Of a stretch of 56,706 bases of DNA, positions 28,907 through 38,150 are shown piece after piece. Origin of the DNA: an uncultured Acholeplasmataceae bacterium (GTDB lineage Bacteria; Bacillota_I; Bacilli_A; Acholeplasmatales; Acholeplasmataceae); assembly GCA_963539745.1 (NCBI GenBank), contig CAUTNJ010000001.1, positions 1 to 56,706 on the forward strand, in the 5' to 3' direction. The notes below the pieces were generated by a model. That model did no database searches and was not told the origin of the DNA. It saw nothing but the letters and a program-made list of their open reading frames with translations. Made by a program: the position numbers and the translations under genes. The first letter of the stretch is position 1. Each line of letters starts with the position of its first letter.

Positions 28907-31211
28907 TTTCAATATACCAAAATAAGGCGCTAAGTAGTTCGCCAGTATCAGTTTCTTTAGTCAAGGCAGCATAAAGCGAGACAAATGCTTGGTAAATAAG
29001 CATAGTTTCGCCGTACTGTACTTGTGGATACTTAAGTCTAAACTCAAGGTCATCTAGTTTATAGTTAACCGAGGCAATAAACTCTGCAGTTTTAAAAATC
29101 TTAGGGTCAAACGAACCTTGGTCAATTAGTTGTTTAAATGAACAAGTTGTGGCGTTAAAAATAGCGGTTTCACTATTTACTTTAGCCAGTTTTAAAAACT
29201 CAGTATAGCTGATTTCGCCTTCTTTTTGCGGTGAAAGTGAGACAAAGAAAATTAGCGGCATTGCTAAATTAGAGTTTTCTGCATAATACTCAAGCGCTGC
29301 CTTAATAGTTCTAGCAACTGCACCAGTTCCCAAAATATAGACTTCTTTTTTTAAATTAGGAATAGATTGAATGAATGAAAACACGCCAAAAAAATCAGTG
29401 TTTAGCAAATAAAGTTCTTCATTTTTTTCAAAAACTGTATTAGCGGCTTTGGTCTTTTTGACAATATCGCTTTTTTTGTCAGTGATTTTAAGGACAGCGT
29501 TTTTAAAAGGTGTAGTGATATTTAAAAATAATTTATTTTCATCTAAAACTAAGTTTTCAACAAGCTCAGGTAAATCTTTTTCATCCTCACATTCGAATAA
29601 CTCATATAGATATTTTTTGACCTTCACAACCTTAGCGATTTCTTCGTGAATTTCTGGAGACAAGGAGTCTGCAATTCCTTTGCCAACTAAACCAGCGCCG
29701 AACACAGAAAGTTGGTTGTTAGATTCAGTAAATGAAACTAAGTGATTAAAGAAGTTTCTCGCGAGTATTGATTTTTTTTGATTGATAACAAAACGACGAC
29801 GATCATATGAAACTAAATCCAGCAAGTTTTCTTTTTTAAACTTAGCAACTTTGTCGGTAATTTTTTTGCGTTCTAAAAGTGCGGCTTCAATTTTTGCGTC
29901 AATTGCATCAATTTGACTGCGCAGTTTTTCAAGTTCTACAAAGTCTTGTAAATCCGTTTTAAAATAAGAAATAAACTCAGGATATGATTTATAGACCGAA
30001 ATGTATTTTGGTAAAGTAAACTGAGGTACTTTAGCCCAGTATCTAAAAATCAGTTCCAGCATTTGTGCACGGTGGTCAAAAAAATCAGAGCAGTGAACAT
30101 GGAAAAAATCACACTCCTTCAAAACTGTAAACTCAAGCGTTCCATCTTCATAAAGATGGTTAATTTTAAGTTGTTTCAAAATAGAAATTAACAGAGCAAG
30201 TCTATCGCTTTCTTTAAATGACAAAGTTTCAATATTAACAAAGCGATAACTAGCAGGGTTAGTTAAACAAAGGGCAAATATAGAAAACACATTGTCAATT
30301 GAATTTTTAAAGTTGATTTCTGCAAAGTCAATTTTGTGCGGAATTTTAGGAAGTGAAATAAAGTTGGCGTCAACAATAGGCGTGTAGCCAACAGTGTTTA
30401 GTTGTTCAAAAACTTCAAAACTGTATTTATCTTTAGCGCTAAGACCGCTAAAACTAACTTTGTTTTTAAGTCCTTTAGTTAAAGTAAGGGCAGTTAACAG
30501 GTGTGTATAATCTCGGCGAATTTTAATTTCTCTAGGAATTTTAAAGTCTTTTGTGCGTTCAAAATAGTAGTGTCCTTTTTCGTCTTTTTTTAATCTAAAA
30601 CCAAACTCATTTAACACATCTAGCGTTAACGTTACAAAATTAGGGTTAGACAAGTCAAAATCAGTTTTAATTTTGTTGCCGTTGCCAATCAAAGCACAGG
30701 CTAAAAACACTCCAGATAAATACTGGCTTGAAATTTTTGAGTTTACTTCAATTACTTGATTTTCAACTACGCCTTTAGCCCAACATTTTAAAGTTTTTGC
30801 ATTCAGTTTAAAGTCAATTTGCGGAAAAATTTCTTTAAACTCAGCAAGCGGGCGTGTAAAAAGACTGTCTAGCCCAGTTAGTTTAACTTCGTCAAACTTA
30901 AAAAGAAGAAGTGGGAAAAGTAGTCTAAACAAAGTAGCGGATTCATTGCAGTCAATATAGTCTTCTATATAGTTAAGTTGGGAAGCGTTTTTAATTTCTA
31001 TTTTGTCTTCATTGACATCAAGATTTACACCAAGTTCGCTTAATGCTTTAATGGCAACAAGTTCATCTATCGAAAAAGAAGCACCACAAAGTGTGGCTGG
31101 TTTTCCTAAAAAAGCCAAGACTAAAAGTTTTCTAATTGTGTCTGATTTAAAAGAAGGTGCGCTAAACACACCCTCTTTTAAATCAGAATAAAATTTAAGA
31201 TTATCCTGCAT
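28884..31211 (-). CDS. aroA: trifunctional fusion: EPSP synthase (aa 1 to ~415), AroQ-class chorismate mutase (~418-495), shikimate dehydrogenase (~500-775)
   Basis: AroA motifs: SFKSDTIRKLLVLAFLG, NESATLFRLL, KESDRLALL, FDHRAQM. CM: LEKLRSQIDAIDAKIEAALLERKKITDKVAKFKKEN. AroE: GKGIADSLSPEIHEE, NITTPFKN, ANTVF, LNTDFFG, ILGTGAVARTIKAAL. It is a single uninterrupted 775-codon ORF. Confidence 0.85.
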   Translation of the reverse strand: MQDNLKFYSDLKEGVFSAPSFKSDTIRKLLVLAFLGKPATLCGASFSIDELVAIKALSELGVNLDVNEDKIEIKNASQLNYIEDYIDCNESATLFRLLFPLLLFKFDEVKLTGLDSLFTRPLAEFKEIFPQIDFKLNAKTLKCWAKGVVENQVIEVNSKISSQYLSGVFLACALIGNGNKIKTDFDLSNPNFVTLTLDVLNEFGFRLKKDEKGHYYFERTKDFKIPREIKIRRDYTHLLTALTLTKGLKNKVSFSGLSAKDKYSFEVFEQLNTVGYTPIVDANFISLPKIPHKIDFAEINFKNSIDNVFSIFALCLTNPASYRFVNIETLSFKESDRLALLISILKQLKINHLYEDGTLEFTVLKECDFFHVHCSDFFDHRAQMLELIFRYWAKVPQFTLPKYISVYKSYPEFISYFKTDLQDFVELEKLRSQIDAIDAKIEAALLERKKITDKVAKFKKENLLDLVSYDRRRFVINQKKSILARNFFNHLVSFTESNNQLSVFGAGLVGKGIADSLSPEIHEEIAKVVKVKKYLYELFECEDEKDLPELVENLVLDENKLFLNITTPFKNAVLKITDKKSDIVKKTKAANTVFEKNEELYLLNTDFFGVFSFIQSIPNLKKEVYILGTGAVARTIKAALEYYAENSNLAMPLIFFVSLSPQKEGEISYTEFLKLAKVNSETAIFNATTCSFKQLIDQGSFDPKIFKTAEFIASVNYKLDDLEFRLKYPQVQYGETMLIYQAFVSLYAALTKETDTGELLSALFWYIENAESGDI

Positions 31212-32245
31212 TAGTTTAAATAAGCCTGAATATCTGAAATCGAGACATTAACCAGTTCGCCTTTGCCAATTTTTTTAACTTTAGTTAAAGTAATTTCGTT
31301 GTTTTTGGTTTGTTTTTTGTCGTTAAATAGATATTTAACTAAAATACTTCTTCTAATTTCTTCAAGTTTTTCGCGTTTATACAGTGGGAATGATTTAATG
31401 GCTTTTAAAACTTTGTCAAAAACTGGTTTTTTAATTAAACCTTTTTCGTATATTAACTCAGTTTCAAGCAACATTCCATAAAGCACAGCCTCGCCGTGTG
31501 CAATGTCTAGATTTAAACTAGACTCAATGGTGTGGCCAAGAGTATGTCCGAAGTTAAGCATTTTACGGCGATTTAAAGAGTATGCGTCTTTTTCAACAAT
31601 TGTTTTTTTGGCTAAAATTGAGCGTTTAATTATCTCTTCATTTAAAGTAAAGTTGTTTTTAATTAGCTTTTTAAGTAGAGTTTTATCGGCTATTAAAGCG
31701 ATTTTAAGAACTTCAGAGACTCCTTGTTTGTATTCAAGAGCAGGTAGGCTTTCAAGGTAGGTTGGATCGATTATAGTCTCATAAGCAGGATAAACGGTAC
31801 CAAGGTAGTTTTTAATGTTTAGGTAGTTGATTCCAGTTTTTCCACCAATTGCAGCGTCGACCATCGCGATTACAGAAGTCGGAACTAAAACATGGGCAAC
31901 ACCTCTATATAGAGTTGATGCAATAAATGAAGTTAAGTCACAAACCACGCCACCACCAAAACCAATTAAAACATCGTTTGCTGTAAAGTTATTTTGATCT
32001 AAATGCATCAAGACCGCAGAGACCGATTGTATATTTTTGTAAGCCTCGCCTGGTTTTAAAACAATCCAGTGAACTTTCACAGAGATTTTTTTAGCAAATT
32101 CAGTGCGTGCGCTTGAGTCAAACACATTTTGGTCAGTAACAACAAAAACTCGCTTGTTAAAGGCTAAGTTATTGCAAATTTGAATATAGTCAACAACTCT
32201 GCCGATTGTTACATTTCTTTTAAATACAGTAGTTTTATATGCCAT
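31211..32245 (-). CDS. aroB: 3-dehydroquinate synthase
   Basis: GGGVVCDLTSFIAST, GGKTGIN and FGHTLGHTIE. ATG at 32245 with AAGAGGTG upstream (the track starts at GTG 32254). The TAA shares a base with the next ATG. Confidence 0.92.
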   Translation of the reverse strand: MAYKTTVFKRNVTIGRVVDYIQICNNLAFNKRVFVVTDQNVFDSSARTEFAKKISVKVHWIVLKPGEAYKNIQSVSAVLMHLDQNNFTANDVLIGFGGGVVCDLTSFIASTLYRGVAHVLVPTSVIAMVDAAIGGKTGINYLNIKNYLGTVYPAYETIIDPTYLESLPALEYKQGVSEVLKIALIADKTLLKKLIKNNFTLNEEIIKRSILAKKTIVEKDAYSLNRRKMLNFGHTLGHTIESSLNLDIAHGEAVLYGMLLETELIYEKGLIKKPVFDKVLKAIKSFPLYKREKLEEIRRSILVKYLFNDKKQTKNNEITLTKVKKIGKGELVNVSISDIQAYLN

Positions 32246-32257
32246 TTTAAACACCTC

Positions 32258-33070
32258 TTATTTATTTTTGATTTTGCTAAACCTAGCAATACTGGTTAAT
32301 TTTAATGCTTGAAAACCGTCAGATAAAGCCTTTTCAGGCTCTTTTGCACATTCTACTAAGGCGCCTGAAAACTCAAGCTTTTCAATATAGGGAAGGAACT
32401 TTTCAACATACTCAGTAGAGCCGATGCTGTGACTAGGATCAATAATCACTGGAATTTTAACTAAGTCTTTTAAGATAAAGGCACCAGTTAAATCTAGTGT
32501 GTTTCTGGTTAAAGTTTCGTACGTGCGAATGCCTCTTTCACAAAGTATAATTTGGTCATTTCCGTGTTTCAAAATATACTCGCTAGCCTGTAGAAACTCA
32601 AGTATAGTAGAGGAGTCTCCACGCTTTAAAATAACTGGTTTATTAGTTTTGCCAAGTGCTTTTAAAAGTTCAAAGTTTCGCATATTTCGCATACCAACTT
32701 GAATGATGTCGCAGTACTCAACAAACTCATCTAAATGCGCTAGTGAGGGGATTTCTGAAACAGTGATAAGTCCGTATTTCTTGCCTATTTTGCGAAGTAT
32801 TTCAAGACCTTTTTTTCCAAGTCCTTGAAAAGAATTTGGCTCAGTTCTAAGTTTATAAGCACCTGCTCTCAGGAACTTAAAACCATTTTCTTTAATTGCT
32901 TTGGCAATTTCTTCAAGTTGAGTTTCAGACTCAATTGAACATGGACCAAAAATGTATTCGAACTCAGCAAACACACGGTTGCCATTTACCATAATTTGGG
33001 GGTTAATTTGCGCAACTTTTAGGTTTTTAATTGCCGAAATTGTACTTAAATATGTGTCTTTAAAAGTCAT
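32258..33070 (-). CDS. 3-deoxy-7-phosphoheptulonate (DAHP) synthase, type I-beta, no regulatory extension
   Basis: 270 aa with GPCSIESETQLEEIA, FLRAGAYKLRTEPNSFQGLG and IIDPSHS. GGGAGG SD. Confidence 0.9.
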   Translation of the reverse strand: MTFKDTYLSTISAIKNLKVAQINPQIMVNGNRVFAEFEYIFGPCSIESETQLEEIAKAIKENGFKFLRAGAYKLRTEPNSFQGLGKKGLEILRKIGKKYGLITVSEIPSLAHLDEFVEYCDIIQVGMRNMRNFELLKALGKTNKPVILKRGDSSTILEFLQASEYILKHGNDQIILCERGIRTYETLTRNTLDLTGAFILKDLVKIPVIIDPSHSIGSTEYVEKFLPYIEKLEFSGALVECAKEPEKALSDGFQALKLTSIARFSKIKNK

Positions 33071-33113
33071 TTAACCTCCCTTGGTTTGTGTCTCAAATCA
33101 CTTACATTATAGT

Positions 33114-33536
33114 TTATTTATGATACTTTTTGTTGTTTTTTAAACTATAGGCGCGGTATAGTTGCTCAAAAAACATTAGCCTAAATAGCTCATGCGGGAA
33201 AGTCATTTTAGAAAATGAAAGTAATTTGTTGGCTCTTTGTTTAACTAAATCAGAAACTCCATAACTACCACCAATCACAAACACTATATCTTTAGCTTGG
33301 TTTTCTAGTTTTTCTAGATACTTCGAGTATTGAAGTGAGTCCATAAACTCACCTTGCACATCTAGCAATACAACAAAGTCGCTTGTCTTGATTTGCTTTA
33401 AAATATTCTGAGATTCTTTTTCTTTGTCTTTGATTTTGATTTCAATAACTTTGATTTTAGGAAGTTGTTTTAAGTAAAACTCAATTCCTGCTTTAATGTG
33501 GTTTTCTCTGATTTTGTCAACTGCGATTAAAGTCAT
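33114..33536 (-). CDS. rlmH: 23S rRNA (pseudouridine1915-N3)-methyltransferase
   Basis: 140 aa SPOUT protein with IGGSYGVSDLV..LSFSKMTFPHELFRLMFFEQLYRAY. Confidence 0.93.
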   Translation of the reverse strand: MTLIAVDKIRENHIKAGIEFYLKQLPKIKVIEIKIKDKEKESQNILKQIKTSDFVVLLDVQGEFMDSLQYSKYLEKLENQAKDIVFVIGGSYGVSDLVKQRANKLLSFSKMTFPHELFRLMFFEQLYRAYSLKNNKKYHK

Positions 33537-34319
33537 TTAAAAGACCACCTTTGTGATTTTTTTGGAGTCAGCCAACTTAAAGTCTAAATTAGTAGGATCT
33601 GAAATACACTCAACTAAAGCAGATTCAATAGCCTGGCGTGAATTGCATTCTTGGCTGATGTGCCCAATAAACCAAAAACATTTTTCTTCGCGTGGTCTTA
33701 GAATTTCTACCAAACAAGCAGCCTGTTGATTTGAAAGATGACCATAATCTGAAGCAATTCTTTGTTTTAAGGAAGGTGGGCGTTTGGAGTTTTTAAGTAA
33801 ATTAAAGTCATAGTTGCCTTCTACAAAAAAGAATTGACAGCCTTTAATTTTGGCAGTTGTTGAACTTGGCAGACTACCAGTGTCTGTGATGTGCACGTAT
33901 TTTGAGTTTCCAGACACAAAAAAGACACCACAAGGCTCTGCTGCATCGTGGATTGTCGGAACTAGAGAAAAATTTAATGCACCTAGTTTAAAATCTGTTA
34001 AATATTGATATTCGGTGAATAGATTTTCGACAATTTTATGCTTTTTAATCAACACTTTTTTAGTACCTGGTGTGGTAATAATTTTGATGTGTGAGTACTT
34101 AGAAGTCAGTGCACGTAGGCCACTTGTGTGGTCCGAGTGTTCATGCGAAATAAACACGTATTTAACTAAATTTGCGTCAATTTCTAGTTCTTTTAGACAT
34201 TTTTCGAAGTATTTTACAGAAATTCCGAAGTCTATCATAAAAATAAAGTCAGAAAAACGGTACAAAACACAGTTGCCAGCAGAACTACTTTTTAAGGAAA
34301 ATACATTTAAATTAAGCAT
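33537..34319 (-). CDS. yycJ: MBL-fold metallo-hydrolase (YycJ/WalJ-like)
   Basis: 260 aa with ISHEHSDH. It lies immediately upstream of rlmH, as yycJ-yydA does in Bacillus. Confidence 0.8.
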   Translation of the reverse strand: MLNLNVFSLKSSSAGNCVLYRFSDFIFMIDFGISVKYFEKCLKELEIDANLVKYVFISHEHSDHTSGLRALTSKYSHIKIITTPGTKKVLIKKHKIVENLFTEYQYLTDFKLGALNFSLVPTIHDAAEPCGVFFVSGNSKYVHITDTGSLPSSTTAKIKGCQFFFVEGNYDFNLLKNSKRPPSLKQRIASDYGHLSNQQAACLVEILRPREEKCFWFIGHISQECNSRQAIESALVECISDPTNLDFKLADSKKITKVVF

Positions 34320-34327
34320 CTTTTATT

Positions 34328-34357
34328 TTGAATAAAACCTCTTATATGTTATATTAT
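34328..34357 (+). promoter_or_regulatory. candidate promoter of the large lipoprotein gene
   Basis: TTGAAT, 18 nt, TATTAT, ending 37 nt upstream of the ATG. Confidence 0.35.
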
Positions 34358-34394
34358 ACGTGTTATGTTTTAAATTAAAACTAAAGGAGATTTT

Positions 34395-37373
34395 ATGACT
34401 ATAAACCCATTTAAAAAACTTTTTGCCTTTGTTTTAGTGCTAGTATCTGCATTTACTTTAGCATCATGCCGTTCGCTAAATTTAAGTGTACTTAACCCTG
34501 ATACTGTTTACGCCAAAACAGGTAAATATAACGTAACAAACCGCGAACTTTACAATAGATTAAGATATACAGCAGGTTCTTATTTATATGAACTTGCTAA
34601 CCGTCAAATCTACAAAGAATACTTAAAGAAAGTTAACTTTTCTGACACTAAAATTTATGAATACGCAAAAGAGGCTATCTTAAAAGAAATTCTTGGAGTT
34701 GGCGAACTTAAGGATTTAAAAAAATACTTAAGAACCAGCAAAATCAAAGACGAGCAAATTCTTGAAAGAACTACTATGTTTTTAGATAAGCTAGTCCTTG
34801 AAGGCAAAGTTCCAAATACTAACATAGCAGACCTTGCACAAGACCTGACTCAAACTATTCGTGAAGACAAACGTCTACCTGACTATCTACTTCAGGCGAG
34901 AGACTTAAAAGTTGCTGAATACTTATTTGCCAAAGACCAAATTAAAAAAGACCTTGCAAACAAGAGAAGCGACTATTATGTAACTGACAAAAAAATCAAA
35001 AACTACTACAAATCAACTTACCGCTATCAAGACTACACAGTTTCTTTCTTAAAGGTTGATTTACTAAACACCAAAGAATTTGAAACTATCATGCGTTTAT
35101 TTAAAATCAAACGTGCTGCTAACAATGTTTGGTATGAAATTCCTGATGTTAACAAAATTTTACAAGAGAAAAAACTAGACGAAGACACTAACAAATATGT
35201 TAAAAAAATCTTAACTGACAACCCAAAAATTTTTGGAAAAGTTAAAAATGACGGCTCAACTCAATTAAATAAATATCAATTAAACGAATTCTACACACTT
35301 TATGAAATCAAAGAAAGTCGTAAAGCAGAAGACGGAAAAGCCGATGTTGCTCTTGACAGCCGCTACCAAAAAAATGCAGATGACAAGAAAAACTACGACG
35401 ACAAGAAAGAAATCTTAAAACGTTTTATTGAAATTTATAATTTATTTCAACCAAACGACAAAAAAATTGAAATTAGTCCTGAAGGCAAAATCGTTAACAA
35501 AGTAACTAAAGAAGTTCTTGAGTCTACTAAAGAAATGAAATACAAAGACTTTGAAGACACAGGACTTAGAGACTATATCTATTCACTTGACTTGAAAGAC
35601 AACGGAGCGCGCCGTTATTCTCAAGATATTCAAAGAAAAAACAACAAAAACTTCCTTGCTTACCTACTTTCTTCAAATAAAGACCAAGTAGACAACGAAA
35701 AAATCTACAATAAAAAAGACGACAAATTCCAAAAAACTGACGAGGCTAAAGCAGTTCAAGAAAAAATTCGCAAAATTTTGGAAGAAAAAGCGCTGGACGA
35801 TGCTTACATTAAACAAGCAAATGAAAAAATGCTTGCCAAAGTTAAAGTACACGTTAATGACAACGTGATGTACGCACAAACCAGAGCCTTGTTTAAAAAC
35901 GTTGCTCACAAATCATCTAGAACGGACATTCTTTCATTTAAAAAATCATCAGTTTATCTAAATGATTTAAAAACAGAATTAAGCCCAATTTCGCTAAAAG
36001 ACTTCTTTGAACATGTTAAGAAAATCATTGGTCCTGGTGCTGCTCGCGATTTACTTGGCGAAAAATTCATTTTAGACAACTACCAAGCAAAAATTACCGA
36101 CAAAATGAAAAAAGACATCAAAAAAGCCATTAAATCAGAAATCAACTCATTTTCTCAAAACCAATTTGCAAGCAACAAACTACCTTCTTCAATTGGCGTG
36201 TATGAGTTCTACATTAAATACTACAACGTAGAGAAATACTCAGAAATCTATAACAAAAAAATCTTGCAAAAAGCAATTGAACTATACAGGCTAGATCCAG
36301 ATGTCCTTAACTACGAAACTCTAACTAAACGTGCAAACCGTTTATTTAAAGAATACGCAAACGTAGACCTTGCTCACTTACTTGCTTACTTTGATACAAA
36401 CCTAGACGGTAAACACAACGAAAAAATTACTGCAGATACTTTAACTGAAGAACAAATTAAAACTCTTTCTAAACTGCTTAAATACGCAATTAAACAGGCC
36501 TATGAAAACCGTGTTGACAAGATGTATGATACTCTTGATGAAATCGCAAAGAAATTCAACTCAATTCCACGTCTAACTCCATACGACGCGTATGAAAAAA
36601 ACACTCAAACTCTTGACAACAAAACAAAGGAAAAACTAAACTTCGGTGATGACTTAAAACTAGAAGACTTAGTTAAACTAAGAAATGCTGGTGTGACCTT
36701 AAAAGCAGAGAAATTAAACAAAGTTAAAAACTCTAAAAATGACTTTGGACAAAGCTCTAAGTTTGACGAAAGATTTATGCGCCACGCTCTTGATTTCTAC
36801 CGTCAATTACTTGGCACTAAAAAACCACATGAAGCATCACTTGAAAACCCAGTAATTGAATACGCTTCTGAGGCACAAAACTCAGCAGACTTTACTAAAG
36901 AACAACTTAAAAAACTAGAATCAAGCTTTGGTTTCCACGTGCTTGCTGGTCTTTCTTTAGAAAAAGCACCAACTACTGAAGGTCCAAAAGACACAATTAA
37001 ACGCTTTAAAGAAAAAGGTTTAAATCTAGATAACTCTAAAAAAGACGAACTTACAGTTGGTCAAATCAAAACTTACTTCTTAAGTGATTTCAACGACTAC
37101 CGCCCGGATCTTCCGACTAACTTAGTAAACGTGCTTAACAACGTGCTTAAAACTTTTAAAGAAAAAGTAAACAACGCAAACACTAAGAAATATGTACTTG
37201 AACAAATTCTTGGCTCAGTTGATTTTGGTACAGACACACACGCCAAAGCTATGGATAAACTAAACTCAGAGATGAACCAAAGAAGTTTCTTTAACTACGA
37301 AAAACTAAAACCAGGCAACAACGACTACAAGATTTACAACGACTGGTTTACCCCTGAATTAGTTCGCAAATAG
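34395..37373 (+). CDS. large (992 aa) Lys-rich lipoprotein, possibly a PrsA/SurA-like foldase relative
   Basis: AAGGAG SD and a lipobox (VLVSAFTLASC). Possible parvulin-like remnants: DLAHLLAYFD ... SSFGFHVLAGL. Otherwise no recognisable family. Confidence 0.8.
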   Translation: MTINPFKKLFAFVLVLVSAFTLASCRSLNLSVLNPDTVYAKTGKYNVTNRELYNRLRYTAGSYLYELANRQIYKEYLKKVNFSDTKIYEYAKEAILKEILGVGELKDLKKYLRTSKIKDEQILERTTMFLDKLVLEGKVPNTNIADLAQDLTQTIREDKRLPDYLLQARDLKVAEYLFAKDQIKKDLANKRSDYYVTDKKIKNYYKSTYRYQDYTVSFLKVDLLNTKEFETIMRLFKIKRAANNVWYEIPDVNKILQEKKLDEDTNKYVKKILTDNPKIFGKVKNDGSTQLNKYQLNEFYTLYEIKESRKAEDGKADVALDSRYQKNADDKKNYDDKKEILKRFIEIYNLFQPNDKKIEISPEGKIVNKVTKEVLESTKEMKYKDFEDTGLRDYIYSLDLKDNGARRYSQDIQRKNNKNFLAYLLSSNKDQVDNEKIYNKKDDKFQKTDEAKAVQEKIRKILEEKALDDAYIKQANEKMLAKVKVHVNDNVMYAQTRALFKNVAHKSSRTDILSFKKSSVYLNDLKTELSPISLKDFFEHVKKIIGPGAARDLLGEKFILDNYQAKITDKMKKDIKKAIKSEINSFSQNQFASNKLPSSIGVYEFYIKYYNVEKYSEIYNKKILQKAIELYRLDPDVLNYETLTKRANRLFKEYANVDLAHLLAYFDTNLDGKHNEKITADTLTEEQIKTLSKLLKYAIKQAYENRVDKMYDTLDEIAKKFNSIPRLTPYDAYEKNTQTLDNKTKEKLNFGDDLKLEDLVKLRNAGVTLKAEKLNKVKNSKNDFGQSSKFDERFMRHALDFYRQLLGTKKPHEASLENPVIEYASEAQNSADFTKEQLKKLESSFGFHVLAGLSLEKAPTTEGPKDTIKRFKEKGLNLDNSKKDELTVGQIKTYFLSDFNDYRPDLPTNLVNVLNNVLKTFKEKVNNANTKKYVLEQILGSVDFGTDTHAKAMDKLNSEMNQRSFFNYEKLKPGNNDYKIYNDWFTPELVRK

Positions 37374-37391
37374 ACATAAAACATATTAAAA

Positions 37392-37416
37392 AACTCCCTG
37401 TTAAGGGAGTTTTTTA
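37392..37416. terminator. Rho-independent terminator after the lipoprotein gene (also closes tRNA-Gln from the other side)
   Basis: AACTCCCT-gtta-AGGGAGTT followed by a T-run, with an A-run before it. Confidence 0.7.
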
Positions 37417-37428
37417 ATATACAGTATA

Positions 37429-37502
37429 TGGTAGGCCCAGTAGGGTTCGAACCCACGATCGCAGAGTCAGAGTCTGCTGCCTTACCGCTTGGCGATGGGC
37501 CT
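37429..37502 (-). tRNA. tRNA-Gln (anticodon CUG)
   Basis: Manual fold of AGGCCCA-TC-GCC..GGC-A-GCAGA-CUCUGAC-UCUGC-...-GTGGG-TTCGAAC-CCTAC-TGGGCCT-A-CCA. 74 nt with encoded CCA. Confidence 0.88.
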
Positions 37503-37561
37503 AGATTTGCTATTTGTAGTATAGCAAATTGTTTATGTTTATACGATACTTCGGATAAAAA

Positions 37562-38146
37562 TTATTTGTTTTTATCAAGACCAAGTGTATCTAAAATTTG
37601 ATTTTTAGAAATTTCGCCAATTCTTAGAAACTCAGGATTGTTGTTGAATAATTTTACAATAGTAGAAGGTAAATTACTAAAAGTTTCATCATTTTCATCA
37701 AAAACATAATGCTGAACTTTATCTTTAAAAGTTGCTTTTATTTTGGCAGAAGAAGTCAGCGGTTCTTCACCAGAAATATTGCAAGAAGTAACTCTAAGTG
37801 GACCGTTATTTTGAATAATTTCCAAACTTTGCTTGTGTTTCGGCATTCTAACCGCCACGGTTTCGCCAAGCAACGCTAAAAATTCTTTTTTAGTTTTTAA
37901 AATTAAAGTTAGCGCACCCGGCCAAAAGCAATTGGCAAGTTTTAACTCGGTTTCTGAAAACCAAGCAAACTCACTAGCCTGCTCAACTGAAGAAACTAAC
38001 ACAGGAATTGCCTTTTCAAACGGTCTTTTTTTAATTTCAAAAAGACGAGCCAAAGTATTGGTTGCCTGCATTTTGCAGCCAATTCCGTATACTGTGTCGG
38101 TTGGCAAGACAATAATATCGCTTTCTTTTAAAATGATTTTATTCAT
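37562..38146 (-). CDS. tsaC: L-threonylcarbamoyladenylate synthase (YrdC/Sua5 family)
   Basis: 194 aa with VLPTDTVYGIGC and a single YrdC domain. Confidence 0.88.
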   Translation of the reverse strand: MNKIILKESDIIVLPTDTVYGIGCKMQATNTLARLFEIKKRPFEKAIPVLVSSVEQASEFAWFSETELKLANCFWPGALTLILKTKKEFLALLGETVAVRMPKHKQSLEIIQNNGPLRVTSCNISGEEPLTSSAKIKATFKDKVQHYVFDENDETFSNLPSTIVKLFNNNPEFLRIGEISKNQILDTLGLDKNK

Positions 38147-38150
38147 TTAT

